Below, in pieces: positions 18,737 to 34,499 of a DNA stretch of 42,607 nucleotides. A program made the translations under genes and the position numbers. Source of the stretch: Craspedostauros australis (taxonomy: Eukaryota); assembly GCA_030167865.1 (NCBI GenBank), contig JALAGF010006072.1, positions 1 to 42,607 on the forward strand. Direction: 5' to 3'. Position 1 is the first letter of the stretch, and the number at the start of each line of letters is the position of its first letter. Below the pieces are notes generated by a model that was not told the DNA's origin, ran no database searches, and worked only from the letters and a program-made list of their open reading frames with translations.

Positions 18737-19750
18737 TTAGTCGACCTTCTTGCCGCTGAGGATGTTGTCCGCCATCTGCTTTTCGTCGAGGACCTTCTTG
18801 TTGGCTCTCTTTATTCTGGCGTACGGTCCCAAGTCCTGACGGACGATGTAGTCATAGATGACGCCGCTCCAGGAGTCGTAGGAGTGGAGCGGGTCGTAGA
18901 ACTCGGATGCGATCTTGCGCACCTGCGGCAGTCGGAATCCCGAGACGCGCGGGAAGTCGTGGTGCTCGTTGTGGTATCCGACATTGAAGGTGACGAGGTT
19001 GAGCCATCCGTAGTAGCTGTAGGTCTCCTGGCCAGGCACGAAGACGTAGTGCTCGGAGATGAAGTGTCCGGCGACTGGGTGCAGACCCATGCCGAGGAGG
19101 GTGGAGGCGATGTTGAAGACCGGCGCCTTCCAGTTGACGAAGTGGGCGAGGGCGAAGTTGAAGGCGAAGGTGGTGACGAAGTTCATGGCCTCCTTCCAGC
19201 AGGGGTCCTTGGGGTTGACGACGAGCGGTCGGATGGCGTAGAAGAGCGGCTGCATGAGGACCCAGAGGACCTTCTTCGGCGCGGAGTTGAAGAAGTCTCC
19301 CTCCCAGTCGGTGGGCACATCGACGTCGATGACGTCCACGCCCTGCGAGTAGTGGTGCTCCATGTGGTATCGCTTGAAGGTGACGGCGGAGGGCAGTCCC
19401 TGGCCGCAGTTGGCGAGCATGCCGAGGAGCTCGTTGTGGAAGGTGTTCTTGAAGCAGAGGTTGTGGCTGAGCTCGTGGTTTCCGAGGGAGAGCCAGTGAG
19501 TCAGGGTGCCGCCGAGGGTGTAGGCCAGCAGGAAGTACTTCCACGGCTGGTCGTGCAGCGCGGTGGCCGCGAACACGGCCATGGAGACCTGCGCGGCGAT
19601 GATCATGAGGATCACGGGGAACGTGCGGATGTCAGGTCCGTACAGCTCCTTGATCTCGGGGTGCTTGGCCAGGATGGCTGATCGTCGCGACTTGTGCGGT
19701 TCATCGGACTCTTCGCGATGGAATGCCGTGGTTGAGACTGTGGCTCCCAT
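18737..19750 (-). CDS. DEGS1: Sphingolipid delta-4 desaturase (dihydroceramide desaturase, DES1/DEGS family), 337 aa
   Basis: N-terminal EPHKSRRSAILAKHPEIKELYGPD (Lipid_DES-type motif). Three His boxes: HELSH, HMEHH and HNEHH. Also LHPVAGHFISEHY, QETYSYYG and HDFP. Start at MGATVS (19750), which fits the MGxxxS myristoylation consensus. Strong GC3 bias. Confidence 0.96.
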   Translation of the reverse strand: MGATVSTTAFHREESDEPHKSRRSAILAKHPEIKELYGPDIRTFPVILMIIAAQVSMAVFAATALHDQPWKYFLLAYTLGGTLTHWLSLGNHELSHNLCFKNTFHNELLGMLANCGQGLPSAVTFKRYHMEHHYSQGVDVIDVDVPTDWEGDFFNSAPKKVLWVLMQPLFYAIRPLVVNPKDPCWKEAMNFVTTFAFNFALAHFVNWKAPVFNIASTLLGMGLHPVAGHFISEHYVFVPGQETYSYYGWLNLVTFNVGYHNEHHDFPRVSGFRLPQVRKIASEFYDPLHSYDSWSGVIYDYIVRQDLGPYARIKRANKKVLDEKQMADNILSGKKVD

Positions 19751-20779
19751 AGTTGCTTCGATTGGTTGCGTCGATTGGTGGCTTCGTTCCTCTTTCTCTC
19801 GATGAGGCTCGATGGGGTCCACGAGTCGGTGTGGCTGTGGTTGTTATTGTGATTGTTGTGCCTGTTGTGGTTGCTGATTTGGGAGAAGGTGCAAAGGACT
19901 GGCCTCGGAAGCAACAAACGGAGAAGGTTGTTGTTGCCGATGCAGTTTGGGAGTCGGTGGAATATTTTATTTCAGCGTTGCTTTTCACCTACCTGTTGTG
20001 CTTGCTATTGATTGCAAGTACTGATATTTTCACGCAAACACCATTACACCATCCAACAGATGCACACACGAACACATGCAAATGCGCAAACGCTTACACA
20101 AGAAGAAGGTGTGATTCCCACGGAGCGCGTTGCCCTTCGCATTGTTCCCGTGTTCTGTCGTGTCCCAGCCTTCCGCATCTGCTCCGTTCGTTCCTCCAGA
20201 CCGCATTCCAATGCGTTCCCCACACAAAACCACGCAAAACAACAAAACGGAGGCCTTCTTCGTCGTGGGTGCGCACACGCGCGACGGAAGACGGCAGGTT
20301 GAGGAGATGAGTTCGCTGTCCAATCAAAACCAAGCATCGCGTGATAGTTTCGTTGTGTTCCTTCTGTCCTGCGATGACTCAGAAACGTCAAGAAGTTTCA
20401 AATCTCGCAGGTGTCATCGCACGATGGCGCGAGCACAGTCCTCGTGTCCATTAACACAACACACAAGAATAACGTCTGTTTAACGATGGACATTGTCGAC
20501 ACGTTGGAAAACGACTGGTTGATTGGCAGCGGGCAGCGCCATCCAACAAGTCGCGAGTCTGCATGTCTTCCAAAGGACAGAGAATTCCACATGTTGTTTT
20601 TCTGCCGTCTTGTGCCGATGTCCATGAATCTTTGCAAAAAGCGCCAATTCCATTCAATAACGGTCAAATGAGTCAACCGTTACAATGCCAACTGAGCAGT
20701 TAGACTGAGTTTTGGCGCCAATTTTGAACTTCACACAAGCGTTACAATGACTGTCGCTTCGACTCCAATTGGCGCACAC

Positions 20780-21170
20780 CGACCTCAGCTTCCACATCAC
20801 ACCATCAAGAGCATCTCTTTCCCGCCAACCATGGTTGTGCCAACTCTTCAATGTGCGCTCCACAGGCGCGACGCAAAGGCACAATTGTGTCACTTGGATG
20901 TTGCCATTCTTGTGTCCCACGACCTCGTGTTTTTTGGGGTGCTTCTTGGCTCTCTGCCTCCGACACCATCTCTGGCCGCGTTTTGTGTTGTGTTCTGTTG
21001 TCGTGTCATGTTCTTCGCACCATGCGGTGGTACCATGACCAACAGCAATGATGGCATGAGCATCGACGCGTGCCTGCAGCCCGTTCATGCATGCACCGTG
21101 TTCGCGGCCACAATTCCCACAACCCTTGTAAATCTTTCCACCAACCCATCTGCAACCAAGGCACATCTCA
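20780..21170 (-). mobile_element. Degenerate LINE-like retrotransposon 3' fragment
   Basis: One minus-strand frame reads LQMGWWKDLQGLWELW (21155-21108), then WSWYHRM (21041-21021), a stop, and HPSD...QPWLAG (to 20820). This follows the Q..IGW..FL.G...W / W...MW / ...WL order. Confidence 0.5.
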
Positions 21171-21585
21171 TGCAAAGGCGGAGCAGCGGAAGTGAACAAT
21201 CAGCCATCACTCTACTCCACTCGACACTCCTCTCTATTCCAGCGTGGCGCGTACTGGTCCATCGCACCTACTAGTAGTAATACACACCTTCTGTAGTATA
21301 CTCCACGGCACGACAGTCTCAACGAAGGAGCCAGAGACCCACAACAAGTCCGAACACAAGTGAGTCTTCCACGTATTATATGTCTCAGAGGACACGCGTC
21401 GCTCAACATCATTGATGTCCGCACTTCTGCCAGTGCCATCATTCTGCCTGCAATACTGATCGATTCTCACGGCGCTCCGTCCACATTGCTTGGACAACAC
21501 ACCTATATTCCTTTCGCTCATGCATCATCATGCATCATCCCCGTGCTCACGCCCTTTCCATAGTCATAGCACGAGTACCAACAGG

Positions 21586-23625
21586 ATGTTCGACCAGACG
21601 ACGATGGCGTCGTTCTTTTCAGGGATCAACATGCGCCGGCAAACTCGTGGCGCTCAGAAAAGCACGTGGTTTCCGATGAGGAAGCAGAACGACCATGCCG
21701 CAACTGCGGGCGCCGACGTCGACGTCGATGCCAATGTCGATGGCAACACAGGCACAGATAAACGCAATGCTTCCAGCCGCTCTGGCACCGACCGACACGA
21801 TGCCGAACGGCAGCAACGGAGACGCCGACGGCGGCGGGGACAGCAGAGACGACGTCGCAGGTCACCCGAGCCCAAGATGCCGAGCTTGCGCGCTGGGGAT
21901 CTATCAGATTTCATCATGGGCTTCATCATTGACGTGGCGTGTTGCAAGGCAGACTTCGAGGATAACATCGCCGACACGTGGGAAGGGCAGGCGACATGCA
22001 GCAATGCCAAAGACAAGAACAGCTCGATGTCACTTGATTACTCCCCAGATCGTTCCGACGCCGATCAACACAACAGACACAAGCACGACGAGCTGCGCGT
22101 CAGCTACACAGACCAACAGCGGCGACGCCATAGCAGACAGCATCAACGTCGCAAGCAAAGCAAATCGGCACCAAACACCGACGCTAGCTCGCACTCACAC
22201 TCGGACTCATACTCGGACTCGGACTTGCATGAGCCAACGCAACCGCAGCCACCACCAAAAGGACAGCAACAGCGAAGGAGGCATCGGCGAGCTGATGATG
22301 CAGACCTCGTCTTTTCGCCGTCTTCTCGCTTTCACGTCGTGCCCACCACGCCTGACACTCTGGCCACGGAGGAGTCGCTTGTGTACGGATCTGAATTCGT
22401 ATCTGCGTTCGAGGATCTTGACATGCAGATTGACAAGAAGCCAGTCAACGTTTGTTCCGCAACCTCACCATCTACACCTGCCAATGCAGACGCAAATGCG
22501 GATGTGGACGCACCAAATCGTGGCTCCTGGAAAGCTTCCAGATACCAACGTTCCATGCCATTGAACTCATCACCTTTGCGCAAGTTTGTTGTACGTCCAA
22601 CAACGCCGGTTGGCGACCACAGAACCAGCAGCAATAGGAAGGGCGCTGGCAACATTGACGGCGGCAGGAACGACAGTCGCAGGCAGAATGGTCGCGGGTT
22701 CACCGCCAGGACAAGGCAGTTGGAGCGTAAGCCGATGACCGATGGAAAGGACAAGAGAAGGAGCAAGAGCAGAAGCAGGAGTAGGGACAGGAACGGGAGC
22801 AAACACCGCAGCAAAACGAAGCCTGAAATCAAGCCAACCAATGCGGCATCGCGCGCGGTGCACCCGATTGGAAAATTGGTGTGCTTTCGTCCATCGCCAG
22901 CGATCTCTAATCCAGCAACGCATGCAACGCATGCAACAACAGCGACACATACAACAGCAATTGCGACAACGCACACAACAAGCGCGACGTTGACATCGGT
23001 CACCCAATCTACCACTCCAATGATCAATGGCCGCTACAGAACACTACGTCCACCTCTTCCACATGGCACCCCACCGAAAACGGCCATGCGCGCGGGAAAT
23101 ACTCCCGTGGCAACCAAACCCGCCATCGAAACGACTTCAGGAGCAGCATCAGCAGCTTCAGGCCCTTTTGACGAACGCGCCAGAATGCTTCCACCCCTGC
23201 CACTGGGCCTTGCGAACAGCAAACGTAACCATTCGCCAGAGTTGCGCTCGAGCCAGATGATCGGCACGCTCCAGCCATCGACGATCAGTCCACCATCTTC
23301 CATGGCCCCACGAAACTTATCGCGAGACCTGCTGCAATGCGATGAGAACGGCAGAAGAGGCCGCATCTTGGAGTTCCTGAAGTCGCCGAGCATCGGTGCG
23401 AAGCGCCCCCCGCTGCAAGAGAAGACAAATCACCCTGGTGATCATGATCATTTGCATCTCCCCAGCTCCATCATTACCTGTGCTGGAACTAATAATGAAC
23501 ACAAGTCGGCATCCAGGCGCCGCAAGAACCATCTGAGCCGGCTCCAGCAGGGACAACGCTTCGTCTCAAATCTGGCATTCTCGTCCTCCTTGTTCAGGCC
23601 AGGCGCTCCCACAACCATCGTGTGA
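21586..23625 (+). CDS. Hypothetical basic low-complexity protein (~679 aa) with Arg-rich patches and a candidate D-box
   Basis: 2 kb open frame with poly-Arg tracts, RSKSRSRSRDR, many S/T-P sites and RPPLQEKTN. The start is uncertain (in-frame ATGs at 21520, 21586 and 21604). Confidence 0.72.
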   Translation: MFDQTTMASFFSGINMRRQTRGAQKSTWFPMRKQNDHAATAGADVDVDANVDGNTGTDKRNASSRSGTDRHDAERQQRRRRRRRGQQRRRRRSPEPKMPSLRAGDLSDFIMGFIIDVACCKADFEDNIADTWEGQATCSNAKDKNSSMSLDYSPDRSDADQHNRHKHDELRVSYTDQQRRRHSRQHQRRKQSKSAPNTDASSHSHSDSYSDSDLHEPTQPQPPPKGQQQRRRHRRADDADLVFSPSSRFHVVPTTPDTLATEESLVYGSEFVSAFEDLDMQIDKKPVNVCSATSPSTPANADANADVDAPNRGSWKASRYQRSMPLNSSPLRKFVVRPTTPVGDHRTSSNRKGAGNIDGGRNDSRRQNGRGFTARTRQLERKPMTDGKDKRRSKSRSRSRDRNGSKHRSKTKPEIKPTNAASRAVHPIGKLVCFRPSPAISNPATHATHATTATHTTAIATTHTTSATLTSVTQSTTPMINGRYRTLRPPLPHGTPPKTAMRAGNTPVATKPAIETTSGAASAASGPFDERARMLPPLPLGLANSKRNHSPELRSSQMIGTLQPSTISPPSSMAPRNLSRDLLQCDENGRRGRILEFLKSPSIGAKRPPLQEKTNHPGDHDHLHLPSSIITCAGTNNEHKSASRRRKNHLSRLQQGQRFVSNLAFSSSLFRPGAPTTIV

Positions 23626-24661
23626 TGGGGCCACACTCGATCGGGATATCAAGCGGAAGTTCCTCACTGGGTACTACTGCTCTGGCTGCTTCGGTTGCTC
23701 CATACGATCGAATGCGATTTGCCAGGTGGAAGCGACATCACGCTGACACTCGCAACTCGCATACAAACGACATACATCGCCTCATTTGATACAGACGTGC
23801 GCCCACACTCACATCCACACCCACACCACATCCGCGGAACATCGCCGTCATCTTCGCCGTCATCTTTGTCCCAATTCGCAGTATCGTCTCAATCATCAGT
23901 GTCACCATCATCTCCATCGACAACTGCATCAGTGTCTCCATGTCTCTACTTACTCTACTATTATTTCATTCCACCTTATTGCATGATCATGCTAGTATAT
24001 CAACATTATTATTTAGTTTTATTATATAAAATTCCTACTCTGATGTGACATGACGCCTTTGATGATGATGATTTGCTAAATCAGAACGAGTGGTGTACCC
24101 TACGAGCTAAGCGTGGTGTGCTCGCACGTTGCACGCATTTCCCTTTCTCTCTGTGTTTGTCTAGGTTGCGAGTATGATGCTACGTTGCATCATGATGGTC
24201 ATACTTTGCCTGTCCTTCATGCGTTGGTTCGTGATCTGTCCACCCAAATCCAAGATGATCGGATCTTGGCCTTTTGGTGCCTCGAGAAAAATCCAGGGCA
24301 TCAGCCGAGCCGATCCACCAAAGCATCAAAGACGGCCGATCCAACAGTCACCTGACCCATCGCAGGAGAGAGCACTCGCGGCTCGTAACTCGCATCCAGC
24401 CAAGGGAAGGAGGCAGCCGACGAATTCCCATCACAAAACCCACGCAGCAACTTCCACGTCGTTGTCTGATTCTGTGCCAGGTTTATCTGCATCTTGTGTG
24501 ACACAACAAGCAACGAGATTGAGCATCCATAATCTGGATAGACAATCGTATAATCGAGTGCAACAATATTACATCGCATCATACTATTATATAGTAGAAT
24601 ATATCATATAATATCGTATTATACTTGACAGGGAGAAGAGCATTCCTGTTCGTTGGTGTAA

Positions 24662-27892
<3,231 letters not shown>

Positions 27893-28075
27893 CACATAAC
27901 GATCTAATGTAACAGGTGAATAATCGCATGAGTTCATACTCTTGCCGCAAGCAAGACATTGTGTGCGTTCATGATGGCGAGGTGGGACGTCGGCTGCTGC
28001 TGCGATCAGAAGAGGCTATGCAGCACTCCAAAGAGAGCGGCAGATATTGCTCGGGCAGTTGCACCCATACTCGTA

Positions 28076-28104
28076 CATCCATCCATCCATCCATCCATCC
28101 ATCC
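28076..28104. repeat. (CATC)n microsatellite
   Basis: About 7 tandem CATC units. Confidence 0.9.
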
Positions 28105-31100
28105 ACGCACGTCCGGTCGATCGGTGGGGCAGGCACAGAACACACACTCGGGCACATCAAATAGCCGTTGTGGAGAAGTCGTCACCAATCCCATACTTGT
28201 ATTAGTGGAATACCAATAAACGAAGCGCGCCAGGATGATGGTGCTCCGATTTTGCATCTTTCTCCACTTGGAACCATCCATGGGCACCCCACCGCAGCGA
28301 GCATAGAGCGTGGTGCGAGTCCGGGCGTGGTGGAGTGTCTGTGTGGCATGTTTGGCATGTTTGGCACGGCAGTGGGTCGCCCACGCGAAAAGCGAAAGGA
28401 CAGGGATGTACCACACTCCTTTGAAGAAGTGTGAAGCTTGCGAATAGGAGTGCCTTTGCGAAGCTGGGAAGCATTGCCTAGTCGTATTCTGGCGGTGCCT
28501 CATGAAGAACGATGCTTCATGTTCTTGAGATCTTGCTGACCATCACACGGCCATTCTCTGGTTTCGCGGCAAGAATGCCAATTCCTTTCCAGGCCCGTTT
28601 CATGGCTGTGGACGTCAACGAGGGTTTGCGCTTCTGCTGGTTCCCCCTCTCGTTTCAGCACGAGCTCGATCGTCTGCTGCCGCACGCTGCATGCCCTGGC
28701 ATGATTGCGTGCGACGGACACAGTCAACAGTCATACGAATACGAGCGCAGGCATGTTGCGGTTACGGTTACAGTGCGAGTATGCACGTGCGGACGCATCG
28801 GTAGGTCATACCACACACAGCGCATGGTAAGGAGCAAAGTACTATTTGTATGAACCCACGACCGCATTCATCAATGCCGCTGGGCATCAGAACGAACAAA
28901 CGAATCAACCAACGAATCCATCAAAAGGGGACGGAGCATGTAAGTGCAAACGGCAACAACGGCATCGACAAGAATGCGACCCGACAGTACCGCGAAGGTA
29001 GCTGTCACCAACGCCATGTGAGTGTCAACGTCGCCACCGTCGCCATCATCCACGGCGACTTCCCAGCTTCAGCCTTTCTGCTGCAAATGTTTGTCCCGAT
29101 GGTTTTGTCAAACCACTTTGGTGTGGAAACGAAACAAGCGAAAGAACAGCAACGATGCGAACGTCGTGCGCCTTCGTCTCCGTGGCTTCGGCGCATCCGA
29201 CAAGGGAGACTGCCAGGAAGTGCCGACGAAGCGATGGGCGACCTCATTCGACATCCTTTTGGTTCTTGTCAGCAACACTGCACTTGTATCAGCCAGTCCT
29301 GACATCTCTCGATCTTGAGTACCTTTGACGCGATGCCGCACATAGACACACCTGATGGAAGACGGGCAGCAACCCGAACGAGGGTGGCGATGGGACGTTG
29401 TGGTGTATGCGTTTACAGAGGCGAAGGCGAGGGCCCGATCCACTCGCATCTTTGTGTTCTAAGCAAGCACACTCACGAAATTCCTTTCGTAGCGCGTCTC
29501 TTGAGGTTCATCTCGCACAGCGAAGCACAGCGCGGCACACCACGCAACATCCGCAAGCACGATCAACATTCCAGAGACTCTGCCTCTCTGCTTGCTCTGA
29601 TCTTTCACAAGTGATGACCGATGGCCGATGCTCGTCCTTGTTGTTTGCCAAACGACGACGACGATGACACCAACGACAACAACAACCTCAGGAGTGGCGA
29701 GATCGCAATCGGAGGAATTGTGACCGACAATTGGGACAACAACAGAGAAAGCAAATGCGTGGTGCTGATGGACACGAGTAGCTGAAAACTATGGGCCAAA
29801 GAACGAGCAGTAGCGAAGAGCCAAAGCGCCCGCAGAACATTCTCCGTTTCGTTGACAGAAGCTGGCTGGGGCTAACAAAGCGGCGCCTTTGGGATTCAGA
29901 TGCGGGTTTGCAACGAGTTCTCTGTGGACCAATCGATGTCACAAGCCGAACACGACCCTGCATTCGACAAACCTTCTTCATCACGCCTCGTCGCGATACG
30001 TGTTCGCAGCGTTGCCGGCCAATGATGCGCTACATTCCGTCACAAAGGGTTATGTCCTTGTCGAAGCGTCACAAGACGCACATTCCGTGTGGCGCAGATG
30101 CGGGTCTGGCTTCACTGTTACGCGCGAAGGTGCAGAGCTGGGCGTATCCATCGCACGATGCTCGATTTAGATGGGAATATTTCACGTCATTCGCCTCTCG
30201 AACATGCGAACAGGGCACCAAAGCCATCGGACCGCCAAAACGAACAACAGATGTGATCAACCAACGCGCGCCTCTGTGTTCGGTGAGGCCACATGTCGCC
30301 GCTGGTAAGGATCATAACATACACGTATGGGCTCCACAAGCAACTGGCCAGCCAATGCGCACGAGCACGAACACGAACACGAGGATGACAACAAACAGGG
30401 CACGATGAGGCAGGCAGCGCGCGGAAGGCAGACAACAAGGAACAAAGAGTCGACGGAAAGGTGAGCAACAGCAGAACAGGAAGGTCGATTTCGAAGAGGA
30501 ACAGGTGAATCTTCGGTTGAGTTTGTTAGGGTGTGGAAGAGCATGTGACAAAGACCCCTGATTGTCGTGCCGCAAGTCTCCAGGACAGCATTTCTCCGAT
30601 TCACACAGGCCTCCTCTGAGTGTGATTGAGTGCACCCAAGCGGACAAAACGTGGCGGACATGTCATCGACCGCATCCGAACCACAAGCGTGTCCAGAAGC
30701 TCAACTATTATGCTTTTCCTATTCGTGTTCGCGAGAAGTAGCAACACGATATCGTATTCGTAGTTTCAGATCATGTGATCAACGCGAAACGGAACAATGT
30801 GACAATCAAAGGGATGACTGCACCTCCCTATGATAATATTCATAAATCTGTATGCTTAACAAATCCACTTCCACTAAGTAGAGAACGAACTCTCGAATGT
30901 GAAGAAGGAAAGAACGGGGTCACACGAACTTTCCAATCCAACCTCACACAAGGATGTCCTGGGCAAAAGGAGAAGCATGAGCGTCTTTCGCCAGCAATGT
31001 CACAGATGCCGGTTGGCTTCGCTCATGTCGAGAACACCAGGGCCATCCGGCTGCGCGCAAGTACCTTGTGTATTGGTAGTTCGTGGTGAAGCGAAGTAGT

Positions 31101-32569
31101 CGTGGTTGTGGTGGCCTCCCTCGACATTCCGATCGCTGGATGGGTGGCACAGTGGGAGGGGGGCGACGAGGAGCATGCGGGTTTCGTTTCCGCATCAAGG
31201 CCAACCAGGAGAAGAAGCAACCAAACAATCAAACAGCCAGGGCCAACAACAGATCAGTGCACCAAACATCAAATGAACCCGATACAAGAAGCATAGGAGG
31301 CATGTTCGTATGTTTGTACCAAACGAGCAGAAGACGCCTGCTCGGCTACTCGAAACATGCAAGAAGACATCACATGAAGGTCACATGCTGATCGGCGCGA
31401 GAAACACAGGTGTGGCATGGCAGGCACATGAAGTATGGGTGCCTGGTGTCACAGAGCTGGCTTCGCGGTAGGCCTCGTTCCACCAAACTACGAGTACTTA
31501 TGATCCACGGGAAGCGTGGTTCGTTGGTTCGTTGTTTCCTTGTTTGTTGTGTGGCAGGTCAACAATTAACTTTCGGCAGAACACGGGCCTGTGGACTCCT
31601 CTCTTGCATGAACACATCTCCACGCGAGCACGAGTCCGAATACGAATAAGATTGAAACCGCAACGCTTCACACATTCACCAGACATAATCGTAGTTCGTA
31701 CTCGCACGAGTCTTCCGACGAACTTTGATTTGACAGCTGTCTCGGGACCTCTGGTGCTGGTGAGCTGTGGCCCCGACGCCAAGTATGATGGATTGTTTCC
31801 AATCGTACCTGCGAACCCCCCTGCTTCACTCTGCATGTTTCCGAATAGGAGAGGCAGAGATGATAGTTCAATCTGCAAGGTAGGCAGAAAGAGGAGGCAA
31901 CGCGAACGTTGTTGCTCTCTTTGCGGTTGTACACTGGGGGCTGTTCTCCCATTGCCTCTGCAAGTCAGAGTATTCGCCATCTTCGCTCCTCCTCGGTTGG
32001 CACTGACACTTGCCGATCGCGCATGTCTCTCGACCATGAATACTAGTATCCCTGACACCGATGAAGGTATTGGCGGGAGGAGGATGAAGTAGTTGCGTGT
32101 AGGGATGGCACCATACTCTATTCGTACCTACGGGCATTACAAGCACTGCAAGCACAACGATGCCAATGAACCATGTCATGCTTGCATGGGAGCGAGAGCA
32201 CACAGGGCTGCATACTCCCATCACAAGCACGAAATCACAAAAACGAAGCATTGTTATACTCCACTTTGAAGGGCGGAACGCCGCAGAGCGCACTCTTCCT
32301 TCTATTACAGAATACCTTGTACTCGTACCATATAGTAGTCGTATCTTCCACCAGCTGCGAGGAGATGGGCCCAGACGTGACGTGAGCTGCCGAGTGCAAA
32401 CAGGAGGAAGCTGTGGCCTGGAATGGATGTATCATACCATGGCCAAGATCGAACTGAAGCCACGAGGGCAAAGAAACTTGGCGAGACAAGAAGATGAACG
32501 CCCATCGCGGCCGGAAAACGACGATGATAGAAGCTACGACACACCAACAACACCAGGGCAACACGTGAG

Positions 32570-33230
32570 AAATTTGAGGGTTGGACCTTGTTGCTCCCAT
32601 CTTTGGCCTTTCGTCTTGCGCTGCCAGATGCATGTATGTGGGGGGCCATGCCGGCCAGACAACATTGTCTCTCTTGGATGTGAGCGATGGATGAGTTTGT
32701 TGGGATGGGTGCGCCACCAGAGCACAGCCTTTCTAACTTTTCTTGGTTCTCTCCCCTGCCTCTCACGGATTCTGTTTGAGTTGATCTACCACCCTCCTCG
32801 CTTTGAGTCGACATGCGCCCTGGTGCTGCATGGACTACTCCACATGATAGAGAGGAGAGCATTCGCGCAGTACACCCTCCACCTTTGGCCGTACCATGTT
32901 CATGTTCGTTCCGGTGGTCGTGGTGTTGGTCTTGATAGTGGTCCAGCCATAGCATGCATCTCTTGTGAAGCAGTTGCTCTCACCTCCTGTGGAGTAAGAC
33001 CTAAGATTGCTATCCTGGATGTTGCCATCCCAACTTGTATTTGCGTTCCATTCCGACAAACGGTTTTGGCGCATTGCTGCTCACAGGGCGTCCATTGGTG
33101 CGCTTCATCGCCATGTTGGCTGCATACAGTTTCTCCAGTACCACAAACCAGAGTTGCCACCGCCATGCGAAGAGAGATCAGTTCTTTGCTGATCTTGTTG
33201 GTGTGAGTTCGTATCATTGCGACAACCACT
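32570..33230 (-). mobile_element. Degenerate LINE-like retrotransposon 3' fragment
   Basis: Minus strand, across frames: GLWYWR...AAMRQ, SWDGNIQDSNL, RR*EQLLHKRCMLW (TGA at 32982-32980 possibly from TGG), DHRNEHEHG (32919-32893), and HPSQQ...WPPTYMH/IWQRK. My hand count gives about 24 CpG in 32581-33180, which looks lower than nearby DNA. Confidence 0.55.
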
Positions 33231-34171
33231 CTTATCCGCGCTTGCAGGGGGTTCCACGTCGCGGCGTTTTGCGTGACCTCGTTTCACTGATCAGGTTCCC
33301 TCCCTTGTGGGCACAGTAATCCCTTTCCGTTTCTCGGAGTTCGCAGCAACACAGCTGTCATGCCCACCCGGCGGTGATCGTGCGTCACACAAGGCGCCAT
33401 CAAAACGCACAACTCGACTTGGGGGAAGCCAGATTTTTGTCGTTACCTCTCCCTGTGCGACATTTCTTTCTGTCCCCACATTCGCTTCTCATTTTCCATA
33501 CCCGCAACTTGTTCACGGCGATGAGCAGAACGCCGGAGGCGCTTGTGATGCGCCGAAAGGCTATTATTACCTTTGTTTCAGGTACTGTGGAACAAACTCC
33601 TCTGCCACACACATGCTGGGATGTTTAAATGCTTCCTACTCGGTTTTGTGCTTGTAGTTGTATCACACCAACACCACCCGAACATCACACGAAAACGCAC
33701 ACTCACACGCATTACAACGCAGCTTCGCTAAGGGTCGCCAGTGCAGTGGTAGAAGCACGAATTAACGCGAGGGGCGATTGTGCGCCTCGCATCGTTGCTT
33801 CCCGCCAGCGGCCCAGCATGGGCCCACCGTTCTGCGTCACCTCCTCCTACTCGTATGGACACGTGTGGCCATGGTACCATGCTCGTGTCAACAGCCCGAG
33901 AAGTGTTTGGCCGCGAACATCACAGATCGGCGTTTGCGTAGGTTCCAGCCACCACGCTCCCTGGAGCAGTTGAGGTGTGAACCAGCCGTGCAGAAGCACG
34001 CTGACAGGCACCGACTGCCCCCACACAGACGCCAAGAGCTCACTTATCTGCAAAACAAGAAAAACAAAAACAAAGGCCAGAACAAAGAGAAAAAGATTGT
34101 GTGAAGCCGCGAGGATTGACACAACAACATCCACAAACCCAATACAAACACAAATAACATAACCACACAAC

Positions 34172-34200
34172 GAGAGAGAGAGAGAGAGAGAGAGGGAGAG
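34172..34200. repeat. (GA)n microsatellite upstream of the 398-aa gene
   Basis: About 11 GA units followed by gggagag. Similar GA-rich tracts lie near 8391-8421 and 16232-16258, and a (TC)n tract near 36405-36422. Confidence 0.9.
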
Positions 34201-34499
34201 CTGAAGCCACAGAATCTTGCAGCCTCATTCGCAAACTCACGCAAACCATAACTTGCGGCTACACTTCGTCAAGCCAGCCAACCTCCACGACTATACAAGC
34301 CCTCGCTGTTCATTGGTTTTCATCTCCTTTTCACACTTCAGCTGACGCTTCAGGCCCTGGAACAAGCTCATGCCACAAGTGCCCATAATCTGATCAGCAT
34401 CAGCCCATCACAACAAGTCATCACACGGAAACCAACAATCGCACCAAGGCGCTCATACCTGCTTCGACATCACATCATCACACCATCACACGTTCCACC

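Noticed and set aside
18704..19681. 325-aa plus-strand ORF
   Set aside because: Antisense shadow of the desaturase.
32160..33206. 348-aa plus-strand ORF as a gene
   Set aside because: Cys/Trp/His-rich, random-looking composition; better explained as the antisense of a decayed retroelement.
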